DNA of 64,000 nucleotides, from positions 33,170,001 through 33,234,000 of the forward strand of contig CAIIXF020000001.1 of the NCBI GenBank assembly GCA_903813345.2, given 5' to 3'. Positions 12,866-26,718 of the stretch are shown in pieces. Each line of letters begins with the position of its first letter. Positions within the stretch are counted from its first letter, which is position 1. A program made the position numbers and the translations under genes. The notes under the pieces were generated by a model. The model searched no databases, was not told where the DNA came from, and saw only the letters and a list, made by a program, of their open reading frames with translations. Origin of the DNA: Owenia fusiformis. Lineage: Eukaryota.

Positions 12866-13365
12866 NNNNNNNNNNNNNNNNNNNNNNNNNNNNNNNNNNN
12901 NNNNNNNNNNNNNNNNNNNNNNNNNNNNNNNNNNNNNNNNNNNNNNNNNNNNNNNNNNNNNNNNNNNNNNNNNNNNNNNNNNNNNNNNNNNNNNNNNNNN
13001 NNNNNNNNNNNNNNNNNNNNNNNNNNNNNNNNNNNNNNNNNNNNNNNNNNNNNNNNNNNNNNNNNNNNNNNNNNNNNNNNNNNNNNNNNNNNNNNNNNNN
13101 NNNNNNNNNNNNNNNNNNNNNNNNNNNNNNNNNNNNNNNNNNNNNNNNNNNNNNNNNNNNNNNNNNNNNNNNNNNNNNNNNNNNNNNNNNNNNNNNNNNN
13201 NNNNNNNNNNNNNNNNNNNNNNNNNNNNNNNNNNNNNNNNNNNNNNNNNNNNNNNNNNNNNNNNNNNNNNNNNNNNNNNNNNNNNNNNNNNNNNNNNNNN
13301 NNNNNNNNNNNNNNNNNNNNNNNNNNNNNNNNNNNNNNNNNNNNNNNNNNNNNNNNNNNNNNNNN
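12866..13365. other. Assembly gap (500 N)
   Basis: Run of N. Confidence 1.
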
Positions 13366-16300
13366 CCATTATACAGTTCATTTAGGATCAGTATCTAGTT
13401 GGTGGGAAATTGGGTCAAATTTTTATCTAGGTCAAAGGTCGAGAACTAGGTCAAATCCAGTACTTTGTCACTTTTTTTGATTTTCTCGGTCGTCCATCAA
13501 TATTTTTGATCCGTTTTTTTTTCATTGTGTTCCTCATAAAAAAGTAGAAAATCTAGGGTCGATTTAGTTTTTTGGTATCTCAAACCGATTTCGAGATATC
13601 AGTGTCCGAAAACGAGGTCCAAAAAAAATTTCTCCGAATCCAATGTCCAGGATATCAGTCTTATGGGAAATTTTCTCAGGATTCCGAATCTGAAAACAAA
13701 ATTTCGACCTGACTTCCGGTTCAGAAGTTATGGCGTTTTGAAAATTCAAAAATCGCTAAATTTGGTGCCCCATGTTAATTCAATGGGAAAAAAATTTTTT
13801 TTGAAGTGTAAAATACGAGATACAGACTAAGCACAGCTAAACATAATGGAAGCCCATAAAAGAAAGGGACCTAAAAACCTTCTTTTCATAAAAATTTGGA
13901 CACCAAAATGCCTAGGTCAAAATCTAGGTCAAATTCAAAGTTTTTCCTTATTTTTGCGATTCTGACACTACAGATTAATTATATTCTTCGAAATTTTGAA
14001 TACATGTAGCCAAGAGTGTGCTATTAGTGTTAGCCTTTTGCCGTCAGGAAGTATTTTGCCCCAATTTTGAGATATGGTGTCCGAAAAGTAGGTCAAAATA
14101 AAAAATTCTCCAAACTTAACGTTTGAGTTATGAATTAAGTATAGAATTTTCTCAGGAATCCGAATCTGCAAATCAAATTTCGATCCGACTTCCTGTTTGG
14201 AAGTTATGACATTTTGAAAGCTCAAAAATCGCTAAATTTGGTGCCCAATGTTATGTCAATGGGAAAAAAGATTTTTTTGAAGTGTAAAATTCGAGATATA
14301 GACTAAGTACAGCTTAAAATAATGAAAGCCTATGAAAGAAGGGGACCTCGAAGGCTACCTAACTTCAAAATTTGGACACCAAAATCCCCAGGTCAAAATC
14401 TAGGTCAAATTCATAGTTTTTCCTTATTTTTGCGATTCTGACGCTATGTTTAAATGATGTGCTTCAAAATTTTGTATCAAGGTAGGAAAAAGTGTGCTAA
14501 TAGTGTTAGCCTTTTGCCGTCAGAAAGTATTTCTACCCACTTTTGAGATATGGTGTCCGAAAAGTAGGTCAAAATAAAAAGTTCTCCAAATTTAACATAT
14601 GAGTTATGAATTAAGGGTAGAATTTTCTCAGGAATCCGAGTCTGCAAACCAAATTTCGATCCGACTTCCGATTCGAAAGTTATGGCATTTTGAAATTTCG
14701 AGAAAAATCGATCTGATGGTATCCTGATAGAAAGTCAAGAGTAGAGAAGAAAATATTGAAAAATGCATCCATCCTTCCTTTGTGATCCTATCGTATCCTT
14801 CTTATCTACCTTTCCTTCGTATCCTCTCCTTCCTATCCTTCCTATTCTATTCCTTCTTCATATTCTATTCTATCATTCTTTCCTATTCTATCCTATCGTT
14901 CCTTCCTATTCTAGCCTATCATTCCTTCCTTTTTCATCCATCCATCTTTTTCTGGATGACTCAGCTTATTTTGGATGACTCGGCTTATTCTGGATGACTC
15001 GGCCAAAAAAAGTCTAGATCTGGAGTCTGAAATTGAACTTCGTTCAATTTCCAAAGTCTAGTTATTATTCTTATTCTTATTATTCTAAACCAGTTTTCTC
15101 AATAACCATAAGGTTTTCAGTAAAGTCAGTCATTTGGTCAATTTAGGTCCAGAATCTAGTTCCTCGGAAATTGGGTCAAATTTTTATCTAGGTCAAAGGT
15201 CAAGAACTAGGTCAAATCCAGTACTTTGTCACTTTTTTCGATTTTCTCGGTCGTCCTTCAATATTTTCGATCCGGGTTTTTTTCATTGTGTTCCTTATAA
15301 AAAAGTAGGAAACCTAGGGTCGATTTAGTTTTTTGATATCTCAAACCGATTTCGAGATATCAGTGTCCGAAAACGAGGTCCAAAAAAAAGTTCTTCGAAT
15401 CAAATGTCCAGGATATTAGTCTTATAGGAAATTTTCTCAGGATTCCGAATCTGAAAACGAAATTTAGATCTGACTTCCAATTCGGAAGTTATGGCGTTTT
15501 GAAAACTCAAAAATCGCTAAATTTGGTGCCCATGTAAGTCAATGGGAAAAAATATTTTTTTGAAGTGAAAAATACGGAATATAGACTGAGTTCAGCTTCA
15601 TATAATCAAAGCCTTTAAAAGAAGGGGACCTCAAAAGCCATCTAGCTTCACAATTTGGACACCGAAATGCCTAGGTCAAAATCTAGGTCAAATTCATAGG
15701 TTTTCCTTATTTTTTCGATTCTGACACTACACTTTAATTATATTCTTCGAAATTGTGTATACATGTAGCTAAGAATATGCTAATAGTGTTAGCCTTTTGC
15801 CGTCAGAAAGTATTTTGACCCACTTTTGAGATATGGTGTCCGAAAAGTAGGTCAAAATAAAAAGTTCTCCAAATTGAATATATGAGTTATGAATTAAGGG
15901 TAGAATTTTGTCAGGAATCCGAATCTGCAAACCAAATTTCGATCCGATTTCCGGTTCGGAAGTTATGGCGTGTCCGAAAAGTAGGTCAAAATAAAAAATC
16001 TCCAAATTTAACGTATGAGTTATGAATTAGGGGTAGAATTTTGTCAGGAATCCGAATCTGCAAACCAAATTTCGATCCGACTTCCGGTTCGGAAGTGATA
16101 GCGTTTTGAAATTTTGAAAAATCGATCTGATGGTATCCTGATAGAAGGTCAAGAGTAGAGAAGAAAATATTGAAAAATTCATCCATCCTCCTATCTCATC
16201 CTACCCTATCCTTCCTATCTATCCTTCCTTCATATCTTTTCCTTCCTATCCTTCCTATCCTATCCTATCCTTTCTTCCTATTCTATTCTATCCTATCCTT

Positions 16301-19300
16301 CTTTCTTATTCTATCCTATCGTTCTTTCCTATTCTATCCTACCTTCCTATTTTATTTATCCATCTCTTTCTAGATGACTCAGCTTATTCTGGATGACTCG
16401 GCTTATTCTGGATGACTCGGCTAAAAAAAGTCTAGATCTGGAGTCTGAAATTGAACTTCGTTCAATTTCCAAAATCTAGTTATTATTCTAACCCACTTTT
16501 CTCAATAACTATAAGGTTTTTAGTAAAGTCAGTCATTTGGTCAATTTAGGTCTAGAATCTAGTTCCTCGGAAATTGGGTCAAATTTTTATCTAGGTCAAA
16601 GGTCAAGAACTAGGTCAAATCCAGTACTTTGTCACTTTTTTCGATTTTCTCGGTCGTCCTTCAATATTTTTGATCCGGGTTTTTTTCATTGTGTTCCTTA
16701 CAAAAAAGTAGGAAACCTAGGGTCGATTTAGTTTTTTGATATCTCAAACCGATTTCGAGATATCAGTGTCCGAAAACGAGGTCCAAAAAAAAGTTCTCCA
16801 AATCAAATGTCCAGGATATTAATCTTATAGGAAATTTTCTCAGAATTCTGAATCTGAAAACCAAATTCAAATCAGACTTCCGGTTCGGAAGTTATGGCGT
16901 TTTGAAAGCTCAAAAATCGCTAAATTTGAAGCCCATGTTAAGTCAATGGGAAAAAAAGATTTTTTTGAAGTGAAAAATACGAAATATAGACTGAATTCAG
17001 CTAAATATAATGAAAGCTTTTAAAAGAATGGGACCTCAAAAGCCATTTAGCTTTAAAATTTGGACATCATAATGCCTAGGTCAAAATCTAGGTCAAATCT
17101 AAAGTTTTTTTTTATTTTTGCGATTCTGACACTACAGATTAATTATATTCTTCGAAATTTTGTATACATGTAGCCAAGAGTGTGCTAATAGTGTTAGCCT
17201 TTTGCCGTCAGAAAGTATTTTGCCCCACTTTTGAGATATAGTGTCCGAAAAGTAGGTCAAAATAAAAAATTCTCCAAATTTGACGTTTGAGTTATGAATT
17301 AAGTATAGAATTTTCTCGGGAATCCGAATCTGCAAACCAAATTTCAATCCGACTTCTGGTTCGGAAGTTATGACATTTTGAAAGCTCAAAAATCGCTAAA
17401 TTTGGTCCCCCATGTTATGTCAATGGGAAAAAAGATTTTTTTGAAGTGTAAAATACAAGATATAGACTAATTACAGCTTAAAATAATGAAAGTCTATGAA
17501 AGAAGGGAACCTCGAAGGCTACCTAATTTCAAAATTTGGACACCAAAATCCCTAGGTCAAAATCTAGGTCAAATTCATAGTTTATCCTTATTTTTGCGAT
17601 TCTGACACTACACTTTAATTATATTCCTCGAAATTGTGTATACATGTAGCCAAGAGTGTGCTAATAGCGTAAGCGTTTTGCCGTCAGAAAGTATTTTGAC
17701 CCACTTTCGAGATATGGTGTCCGAAAAGTAGGTCAAAATAAAAACTTCTCCAAATTTAACGTTTGAGTTATGAATTAAGAATAGAATTTTCCCAGAAAAC
17801 CAAATCTGCTAACCGAATTTCGATTTGACTTCCGGTTCCGAAGTAATGGCGTGTCCGAAAAGTAGGTCAAAATAAAAATTTGCCAAATTTAACGTATGAG
17901 TTATGAATTTGTCAGGAATTTGTCAGGAATCCGAATCTGCAAATCAAATTTCAATCCGACTTCCGGTTCGGAAGTTATGGCGTTTTGAAATTTCAAAAAA
18001 AATCGATCTGATGGTATCCTGATAGAAAGTCAAGAGTAGAGAAGAAAATATTGAAAAATGCATCCATCCTTCCTTTCTGATCCTATCCTTCCCTTCCTAT
18101 CTACCCTTGCTTCGTATCCTCTCCTTCCTATCCTTCCTATTCTATTCTATCCTTCTTTCCTATTCTATCCTATCGTTCCTTCCTATTCTATCGTATCCTT
18201 CCTTCCCTTTTCATCCATCCATCCAGCCATCTTTTTCTGGATGACTTAGCTTATTTTGGATGACTTGGCTTATTCTGGATGACTCGGCTAAAAAAAAGTC
18301 TAGATCTGGAGTCTGAAATTGAACTCGTTCAATTTCCAAAATCTAGTTATTATTATTATTAGACTCCAGATGAAATCTGGAGTCTATTGTTTTCGTCAGT
18401 TTTCTTATTAGACTCCAGATTGAAAATCTGGAGTCTATTGTTTTCGTCAGTTTTCTTATTCTTATTAGACTCCAGATGAAATCTGGAGTCTATTGTTTTC
18501 GTCAGTTTTCTTATTATTCTTTTTCTTCTTCTTATTAGACTCCAGATGTCAATCTGGAGTCTATTGTTTTTGCCAGTATTCTTCTTCTTCTTCTTATTAT
18601 TTTTCTTTAAGAGTTTTTTCAATAACTATAAGGTATCCAGTAAAGACCATTATACAGTTCATTTAGGTTCAGTATCTAGTTGGTGGGAAATTGGGTCAAA
18701 TTTTTATCTAGGTCAAAGGTCAAGAACTAGGTCAAATCCAGTACTTTGTCACTTTTTTCGATTTTCTCGGTCGTCCTTCAATATTTTTGATCCGGGTTTT
18801 TTTCATTGTGTTCCTCATAAAAAAGTAGAAAATCTAGGGTCGATTTAGTTTTTTGGTATCTCAAACCGATTTCGAGATATCAGTGTCCGAAAACGAGGTC
18901 CAAAAAAAAGTTCTTCGAATCCAATGTCCAGGATATCAGTTTTATAGGAAATTTTCTCAGGATTCCGAATCTGAAAACAAAATTTCGATCTGACTTCCGG
19001 TGCAGAAGTTATGGCGTTTTGAAAATTCAAAAATCGCTAAATTTGGTGCCCCATGTTAATTCAATGGGAAAAAATATTTTTTTGAAGTGTAAAGTACGAG
19101 ATATAGACTAAGCACAGCTAAACATAATGGAAGCCCATAAAAGAAAGGGACCTCAAAAGCCTCTTTTCATAAAAATTTGGACACTAAAATGCCTAGGTCA
19201 AAATCTAGGTCAAATTCAAAGTTTTCCCTTATTTTTGCGATTCTGACACTACAGATTAATTATATTCTTCGAAATTTTGTATACATGTAGCCAAGAGTGT

Positions 19301-20365
19301 GCTAATAGTGTTAGCCTTTTGCCGTCAAAAAGTATTTTGACCCACTTTTGAGATATGGTGTCCGAAAAGTAGGTCAAAATAAAAAATTCTCCAAATTTAA
19401 CGTTTGAGTTATGAATTAAGTATAGAATTTTCTCAGGAATCCGAATCTGCAAATCAAATTTCGATCCGACTTCCGGTTCGGAAGTTATGACATTTTGAAA
19501 GCTCAAAAATCGCTAAATTTGGTGCCCCATGTTATGTCAATGGGAAAAAGGATTTTTTTGAAGTGTAAAATACGAGATATAGACTAAGTACAGCTTAAAA
19601 TAATGAAAGCCTATGCAAGAAGGGGACCTCGAAGGCTACCTAACTTCAAAATTTGGACACCAAAATCCCTAGGTCAAAATCTAGGTCAAATTCATAGTTT
19701 TTCCTTATTTTTGCGATTCTGACACTATATTTATAAGATTTGCTTCAAAATTTTGTATACAGGTAGGAAAGAGTGTGCTAATAGTGTTAGCCTTTTGCCG
19801 TCAGAAGGTATTTCGACCCACTTTTGAGATATGGTGTCCGAAAAGTAGATCAAAATAAAAAGTTCTCAAAATTTAACATATGAGTTATGAATTAAAGTCA
19901 GAATTTTCTCAGGAATCCGACTCTGCAAACGAAATTTCGATCAGACTTCCGGTTCGAAAGTTATGGCGTTTTGAAATTTCGAGAAAAATCGATCTGATGG
20001 TATCCTGATAGAAAGTCAAGAGTAGAGAAGAAAATATTGAAAAATGCATCCATCCTTCCTTTGTGATCCTATCGTATCCTTCTTATCTACCTTTCCTTCG
20101 TATCCTCTCCTTCCTATCCTTCCTATTCTATTCCTTCTTCCTATTCTATTCTATCATTCTTTCTTATTCTATCCTATCGTCCCTTCCTATTCTAGCCTAT
20201 CCTTCCTTCCTTTTTCATCCATCCATCCATCCATCTTTTTCTGGATGACTCAGCTTATTTTGGATGACTCGGCTTATTCTGGATGACTCGGCTAAAAAAA
20301 AGTCTAGATCTGGAGTCTGAAATTGAACTTCGTTCAATTTCCCAAGTCTAGTTATTATTATTATT
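13366..20365 (+). mobile_element. Nested array of HINE family A elements (4 bodies, 4 clustered heads)
   Basis: Bodies end with atctggagtct + gaaattgaac-ttc-gttcaatttc hairpin + CTAG-TT at 15063, 16481, 18348 and 20353. Four palindromic heads (tagactccagat..atctggagtcta) at ~18357, 18405, 18462 and 18532. Confidence 0.85.
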
Positions 20366-20865
20366 NNNNNNNNNNNNNNNNNNNNNNNNNNNNNNNNNNN
20401 NNNNNNNNNNNNNNNNNNNNNNNNNNNNNNNNNNNNNNNNNNNNNNNNNNNNNNNNNNNNNNNNNNNNNNNNNNNNNNNNNNNNNNNNNNNNNNNNNNNN
20501 NNNNNNNNNNNNNNNNNNNNNNNNNNNNNNNNNNNNNNNNNNNNNNNNNNNNNNNNNNNNNNNNNNNNNNNNNNNNNNNNNNNNNNNNNNNNNNNNNNNN
20601 NNNNNNNNNNNNNNNNNNNNNNNNNNNNNNNNNNNNNNNNNNNNNNNNNNNNNNNNNNNNNNNNNNNNNNNNNNNNNNNNNNNNNNNNNNNNNNNNNNNN
20701 NNNNNNNNNNNNNNNNNNNNNNNNNNNNNNNNNNNNNNNNNNNNNNNNNNNNNNNNNNNNNNNNNNNNNNNNNNNNNNNNNNNNNNNNNNNNNNNNNNNN
20801 NNNNNNNNNNNNNNNNNNNNNNNNNNNNNNNNNNNNNNNNNNNNNNNNNNNNNNNNNNNNNNNNN
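20366..20865. other. Assembly gap (500 N)
   Basis: Run of N. Confidence 1.
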
Positions 20866-21400
20866 AATATCATCCATGAAACATTGAACCCCCTCAGAAT
20901 CATCTAGTATCTGGGAAAAACGCTTCTGAAAATGCTCGGGCATTGATGCGATACCAAACGGGCAACGTTTAAATGCGTATCTGCCAAACGGGGTTATGAA
21001 CGTTGTCAACAACTGGGACTGGGTGGACAATGGAATTTGGTAGAAACCAGAATTTGCGTCAAGCTTACTGAAATATTTTGCCCTTGCCAAATTGCCTAAA
21101 ACTTGTTCAGTTGAAGGTAAAATATATTTCTCAGTTTTTACATGTTTGTTCAGTTTAGTATAGTCAACGCATATTCTGACATCCTCTTTCCCCCGTTTTA
21201 ACTCAGGAACCATGGGACTACATGTACACCAATCTGTAGGCGTATCTACTTTAAATATGATATCATCATCCTCCATTTTCTGGAGTTTACTTTTACACAG
21301 AGAATACAATGGTATCGGTAGACGTCTAGGTGAATTTACAGCATAAGGTGTAGCATCAGCATCAAGAACTATATTATACTCTTGTCTCAATTTTTCCGAG
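20866..21400 (-). pseudogene. pol: Ty3/Gypsy (Mag-like) reverse transcriptase, N-terminal part, cut by gap
   Basis: SPMV..K..VRICVDYTKLN, YILP, YFSKLDANSGFYQIPL, TTFITPFGRYAFKRCPFG, FMDDI. Confidence 0.95.
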
Positions 21401-21946
21401 ACCTTGAAAAAGTTTTGGATGCTTCCGCTCAACTTCAATGCTGTTTACAACCTTGATAACATTTAAATTTTCAGTAGCAGGTCTACCTAACAATGCACAT
21501 CTGAGATTTTTGGCTACATAAATGTCTTGGGTTGAACACTGAGAATGAGATTCTACTTCTGTAGTAAATTTACCCAAAATATCAATGGCAGTGCCACAAG
21601 CACCATACAATGGCACTGTAGATTCTTGCAAATCAACATTGCATGTAGATTGTAGACATTTGAAGGTTTTCTCTGGTATCACTGTGATGTCAGCTCCCGT
21701 ATCGATCGAGAATAACACTGGTGAGCCACTGACACTAAGATTAATATCATATTTGGCACTGGAAGTACCATCACAATCAACTTTACCAATAAAGGCATAA
21801 TCATCACTTTCTGAATCACTAGAATCATCATTATAATACACTTGATTCACATTTCTGCTGCGACACATCTTCGAGTAATGTCCTCTGCGGCTACATTTTG
21901 AACAGGTACGAGTATATGCCGGACATTTGTCCTTGGGGTGAAACAC
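21374..21946 (-). pseudogene. Ty3/Gypsy CCHC zinc knuckle + aspartic protease
   Basis: CSKCSRRGHYSKMC (CX2CX4HX4C); FSIDTGADITVI; ALLGRP; frameshifted relative to RT and gag. Confidence 0.92.
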
Positions 21947-22486
21947 TCAGTCATTTTATTCTTGGATTCAGTTTTGCCATCACTGGAACCATTGGATTTA
22001 GTTTTGCCATCACTGAAACCATACAGTTTTGGTTTACTCTGACGGCTTGAAGAATCCTGTTTACGATACTCGTCACGATGGACTACTTGTACAAGATTAC
22101 CCTGAAGTGGTTTATTCTGAAGTTTTACCTTCTCAGATTGACGGGCCATTGTCATGGCCTTGGCGAGGGTAAGTTTGTCATCACACTGAAGTTTTTCAGA
22201 TAAGCGTTTGTCAGTAATGCCAACAACAATACGATCACGGATCAATTCCTCTCGGAGGCCAGCATAGTTACAATGTTCACTTATAGTGTGTTAGGGCAGT
22301 AATAAATGTCTCACTTGCTTCGCCATCCTGCTGGAAGCACTGGTTAAATTTAGCTCTCTCGTAAATAACGTTAATGTGAGCATTAAAAAAGCTATCAAAC
22401 TTTTGGCGAATGGTACTATATTTTGAATTGTCCTCACCTTCTTCATACACAAAATTTGACGAAATTTCCTCCGCTTTTGGACCAAT
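21947..22486 (-). pseudogene. gag: Ty3/Gypsy gag, C-terminal portion (frameshifted)
   Basis: IGPKAEEI..., NVIYERAKFNQ..QQDGE..ETFITAL, EHCNY..LREELIRDRIVVGITDKRLSEKLQ..LTLAKA. Confidence 0.88.
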
Positions 22487-25400
22487 TAGTGTGTGCCAAA
22501 TTGCATTCTAAGTGGCTTAGTTAGGCTAAACCTATGTTGTGGTAGCTTACTATGAATTGACCCATAGTCATTTTAGATTGATCTATTATCTATTCATTTT
22601 TACTTGTCTGCACTCAAAAAAGTGACACGAAAGGGCTAAACGGCTTGCACCAAGGTGCGACCGTCAAAAAGATGAGTTTGAAAAATATACATTTTTTTAA
22701 ATAATACTTGTAAGTATACAAAATAGGATGCAAATTTGATATTTATGTGTAATGATAGTCCATTCGGGTGTGGTAATTTTATGAAAAACAATTATGGTAA
22801 AAAATTGGATATTTATGACCTTAAAATGCATTTTCAATTAAAAAGTTATTGTTGTCAAGGATATTATTCTTATTTTATAGAGTCAATGTCTTTTAAATAT
22901 ACCAATAACCATTTCATTAGTTTTTGACAAGGTAAATAATTATAGGGCTCACACAAGGATCAAATTTGTTTACAGCATTTTCATTTTAAGTGATGTTTTG
23001 AAAGAATACGAAGGTAAACTCAATTTTATATTTTATTTGTTGAAGAAAAAATAATTAATATGTTTGTTTTCTTGTTTCGACTGAAAAATCTCAATTCACC
23101 GCCCTTGCTTTGCAAGCAGGAGAGTCTACACCAGTACGAAAAATTCTTCAAAAAGTTGATCCTTGTGTGAGCCCTACAATTATTTACTTTGCCGAAAAAT
23201 TTATATAATGGTTATTCGGATATATAAAAATCATTTAATAGGTAAAATAGGAATAGTATCATTGACTTTTGATTTTGAATAAAGAGGTATTAGGAGCATA
23301 TAGTGCATTACTTCCAGGACAACCCTCTATATTTATAGTGATGCAGCAGATAGTGAAGTTGATTCTTTTTAGTTTATATCTTGCAGACAGTGATCTAAGA
23401 GACATCATCTTGTAGTAATGGGTGTGACAGTGATGAGTATTGATGGTTTATCTTACGGACGTCATATTAAAAGATACCAATTTGCATTACATCAACATAA
23501 AATAAGTTTGATTTGTTCACAGATACGTGTCAGAGTAGCAGTTGCACTAGATTGATATACAACAAGATATGTGTGAGCATTTATTGCAACATTTAATTGA
23601 GAGTTATAATTTTACTAAATCTGATGGAAAATTAGATAATTTAAGTCTATCTCTTTTGGTGTATTCAATTTAAATATTACTTTTGCAATACAGATACCTT
23701 AGTTTTGAAACATTAGCAGCAATTTCATTTCAAAAAGATCAGTTTTCAACTTCGTATGTTTTGTTCATAAAATGTGTATTCAACATAGGTCAAAAGTCAG
23801 GGTCATTTCAAGTTTAAAATGTCAATATCTAGGGTAGTTGGCATTTTAAGACATTTTGCCGATGGTGTGACCCTTCGCAACAAATGATTATGTGATCTGA
23901 GGTAAAGATCAACTGAATGGGTGTAGGTAATTTCAAGGTCAATATCTAGCAATTTGATGTTTTAAGGCAATTGAGAATAATTCTGACCTTTGACAACCGA
24001 TTATTAGGTGACCTGTTGTCAATGTCAAGATCATTTCAAGGTCATCAATATCTAAGTATTTGGCGTTTTTGGGCTGAGGTTACCCTTTGTGTATCATGAA
24101 TGTGTGACCTGAGGTCAAGGTTATTCCAAGGTCAAAGGTCAGTATCTAAGTATTTGGTGTATTAAGGCCCTGGGATCTGCTGTGGCCCCTAGCGACTCAT
24201 GATAGGGTGACTTCCAAGGTCAATATCTAGCAATTTGGAGTTTAAAGGCAATTGAGAACAATTGTGACCTTTGGCGACCAATGATTAGGTGACCTGATGT
24301 CAAGGTCATTTCAAGGTCAAAGGTCAATATCTATGTATTTGGCTACTGTGGGGCTGTTCTATTTAATGACCAATGATAAAGTGGCCAGAGATCCATGTCA
24401 GTGTTTATGGATCAAGATCATTTCAAGGTCATAGCTCAATATTTAATTAGTATTTGGCGTTTTGGAGCTGAACGTGTTTTTGTGAAAACAATATGATTTT
24501 TCTTATGTAAAGTCCCCGTGATAAAAATGATATCATCCAACTTCTTCACTTGAAAAGAAAAAAACACACCATGAATCCCTCTCAACCTTTATTTTTAAAC
24601 TTATTTTTTTATGATTTCATTCTGGTTTGATTCCTTGACAATTGAAAGTTGAAAATATAAATATATGAAAATATATCTGAAATATAATTGATAACATCCC
24701 AACCTTGTCACTTTTCGAAAAATATTAGGCTTATTTTCTAAAGTATCTTTTCTTCATTTGAATATATCAAAAGTTCTACGCTAATGAATTAACAAATTCT
24801 GAAAAGAGGACAGGTATTGAAATTTTCCATCGGAAAAACTCAAACTATCCATTATTTTCAGCATAATTTTGGTCATTGAAAATTGATATCTCCTAAACTA
24901 GACTTTCATTACAACTCTACTAATGAAAAGGTTTTAATCCACTTGTTGAATAATATTTTCATGCAATTAAAATAAAAACGAAGAACCTCTGTTGAGTAAA
25001 TAAGTTCAAAAAATGTTGAGATGGGTTCCCTATTCATAGTTTTTTAGATTGTTCGAATGATATTTTTATAATCATTGAGAATTGAATTTTCTTGAAAGAT
25101 AACATATTGTGTTTTTGAGAAATGTCATATTTATATTGAGAAAGTAGCCATGGTAAAATATATGACCGTCAGATATCATTTGCCATACTATACCTGGTCC
25201 TTTGCCAATTTTAAGTAAATTGTAAAATCATATCAGAAGAGAGGATATCCAAATATGAGGTCATTATAATGACTTCAATCAGTAATCAACGGTCACGTTG
25301 ACGAAGTTTTTCACGAGAGTTACTTTCTCTAGTAGTTCTGAATTAGATCAGTAAGCGGATGCATTTCCCAAATTCAAATAAGTGCAGTAAAACATGCAAA

Positions 25401-26293
25401 ATAGAGTGCACATTGGTTTTTGAAATGTAAAGATAGTCGATTAGGGTATGGTTATATTATTAAAAACAATTATGGTAAAAGTTGGGTATTTCTAACCATA
25501 AAATGCTTTTTATTCCAAGTTCAATGACATTCTAACTTACTATTTTACCTTTGAAATGATTTTCATACCACCGAATAACCATTATATCAGTTTCTGGCAA
25601 AGTAAATAAGTGTAGGGCTTACACAAGGATCAATTTTTTAAGACTGTTTATGTACTTGTATATCCCCTGCCATTCTAAGAGGAAGAGCAATGAATTGCGA
25701 TTTTTAAGTCGAAACAATGAAATAAACACACTATGTTTATTTTGTTAAACATTTAACAAATAAAATTGTGTATTACCTTATATTTTTTCAAAACATCACT
25801 AAATATGAAAAGATTGTAAATAAAGTTGATCCTTGTGTGAGCCCTATATTTATTTACTTTGCCAAAAATGAATATAATGGTAATTAAAATATTTTGAAAA
25901 CATTGAATAGGTGAAATAGGATTATTATCATTAACAACCATGACTTTTGAATTAAGATGGCATTTTCAGGTCAGAAATATATAATTCTTCACAATTATTG
26001 TTTTTTATAAAAATGGCCACACACAAATGGACTATCATACTTATCAATATCAAATTTGCCTCCTATATTGTATACTCATTGCTATTATTTGAAAAAAATA
26101 ATTTTTTATCAAACTCATCTTTTTGATGGTTGCACCTTGTGGCAAGCCGTTTAGCCCTTTCGTGTCACCTTTTTGAGTGCAGACAAGTAAAAATGAATAG
26201 TTGATGGACCAATCTATAATGATGATGGGTCACTTCATAGTAAGCTACCACAACATAGGTTTTTGTGATTTTTTGGAGTTTTGGCACACACTA
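22487..26293. mobile_element. Non-autonomous long-TIR DNA transposon (Academ-like) inserted in gag
   Basis: Termini TAGTGTGTGCCAAA / TTTGGCACACACTA; 3-bp TSD AAT (22484-22486, 26294-26296); several-hundred-bp imperfect subterminal inverted repeats (e.g. 22527-22680 vs 26110-26260). No transposase ORF seen. Confidence 0.85.
23790..24460. repeat. Degenerate ~120-bp tandem repeats rich in aaggtca/tgacc
   Basis: Recurring caaggtca(aaggtca)atatctag..ttggc units. Confidence 0.65.
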
Positions 26294-26433
26294 AATACAA
26301 TATATAAGCGTGTCAATTTTGACAGAGAACTTTCGAAGCAGTTAGATAGCGATCAAATCGCTTACTCCACAGCTCCCATTCTTCCGATTTGAAGGAATTA
26401 TGTTGAAGGAGGTGTCATTTGAAACGATGCCAT
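26294..26433 (-). pseudogene. gag: Ty3/Gypsy gag N-terminus (disrupted)
   Basis: ATG at 26433: MASFQMTPPS../FKSEEWELWSKRFDRYLTASK../IDTLIYC, which joins IGPKAEE after removing the 22487-26293 insertion. Confidence 0.8.
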
Positions 26434-26718
26434 AATGACCAGCAGCAAGTGGAATACAATAACACAGTACAGGATACAAAGTTTCGAAGTATAAGTCCAA
26501 TCAGGTAGCATGTAAATATATATATATACAGTGTCAATACAGCAGAATATACACAGTAGATAAGTTTATAACAAATGTAGAGCGACAAATGTTCAGCAAT
26601 TTATAAAGTTTGTAAATTTCGTCCACGGAACTCAACTTCCGGTTCACATGAGATCCAATTTTGAACGATGTACTGGTCCAAATATTGCAAACGGCTTGGA
26701 TTCTGTATCTCAAGTCGA

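Noticed and set aside
12788..13480. Long ORFs across N runs (also 20215-21438 beyond the RT part)
   Set aside because: Artefacts of translating 500-N gaps.
18357..18580. CRISPR-like array of palindromic ~45-bp repeats with short spacers (also 49248-49420)
   Set aside because: Spacers are TTA/TTC microsatellite of variable length, the context is eukaryotic, there are no cas genes, and the repeats match element subTIRs.
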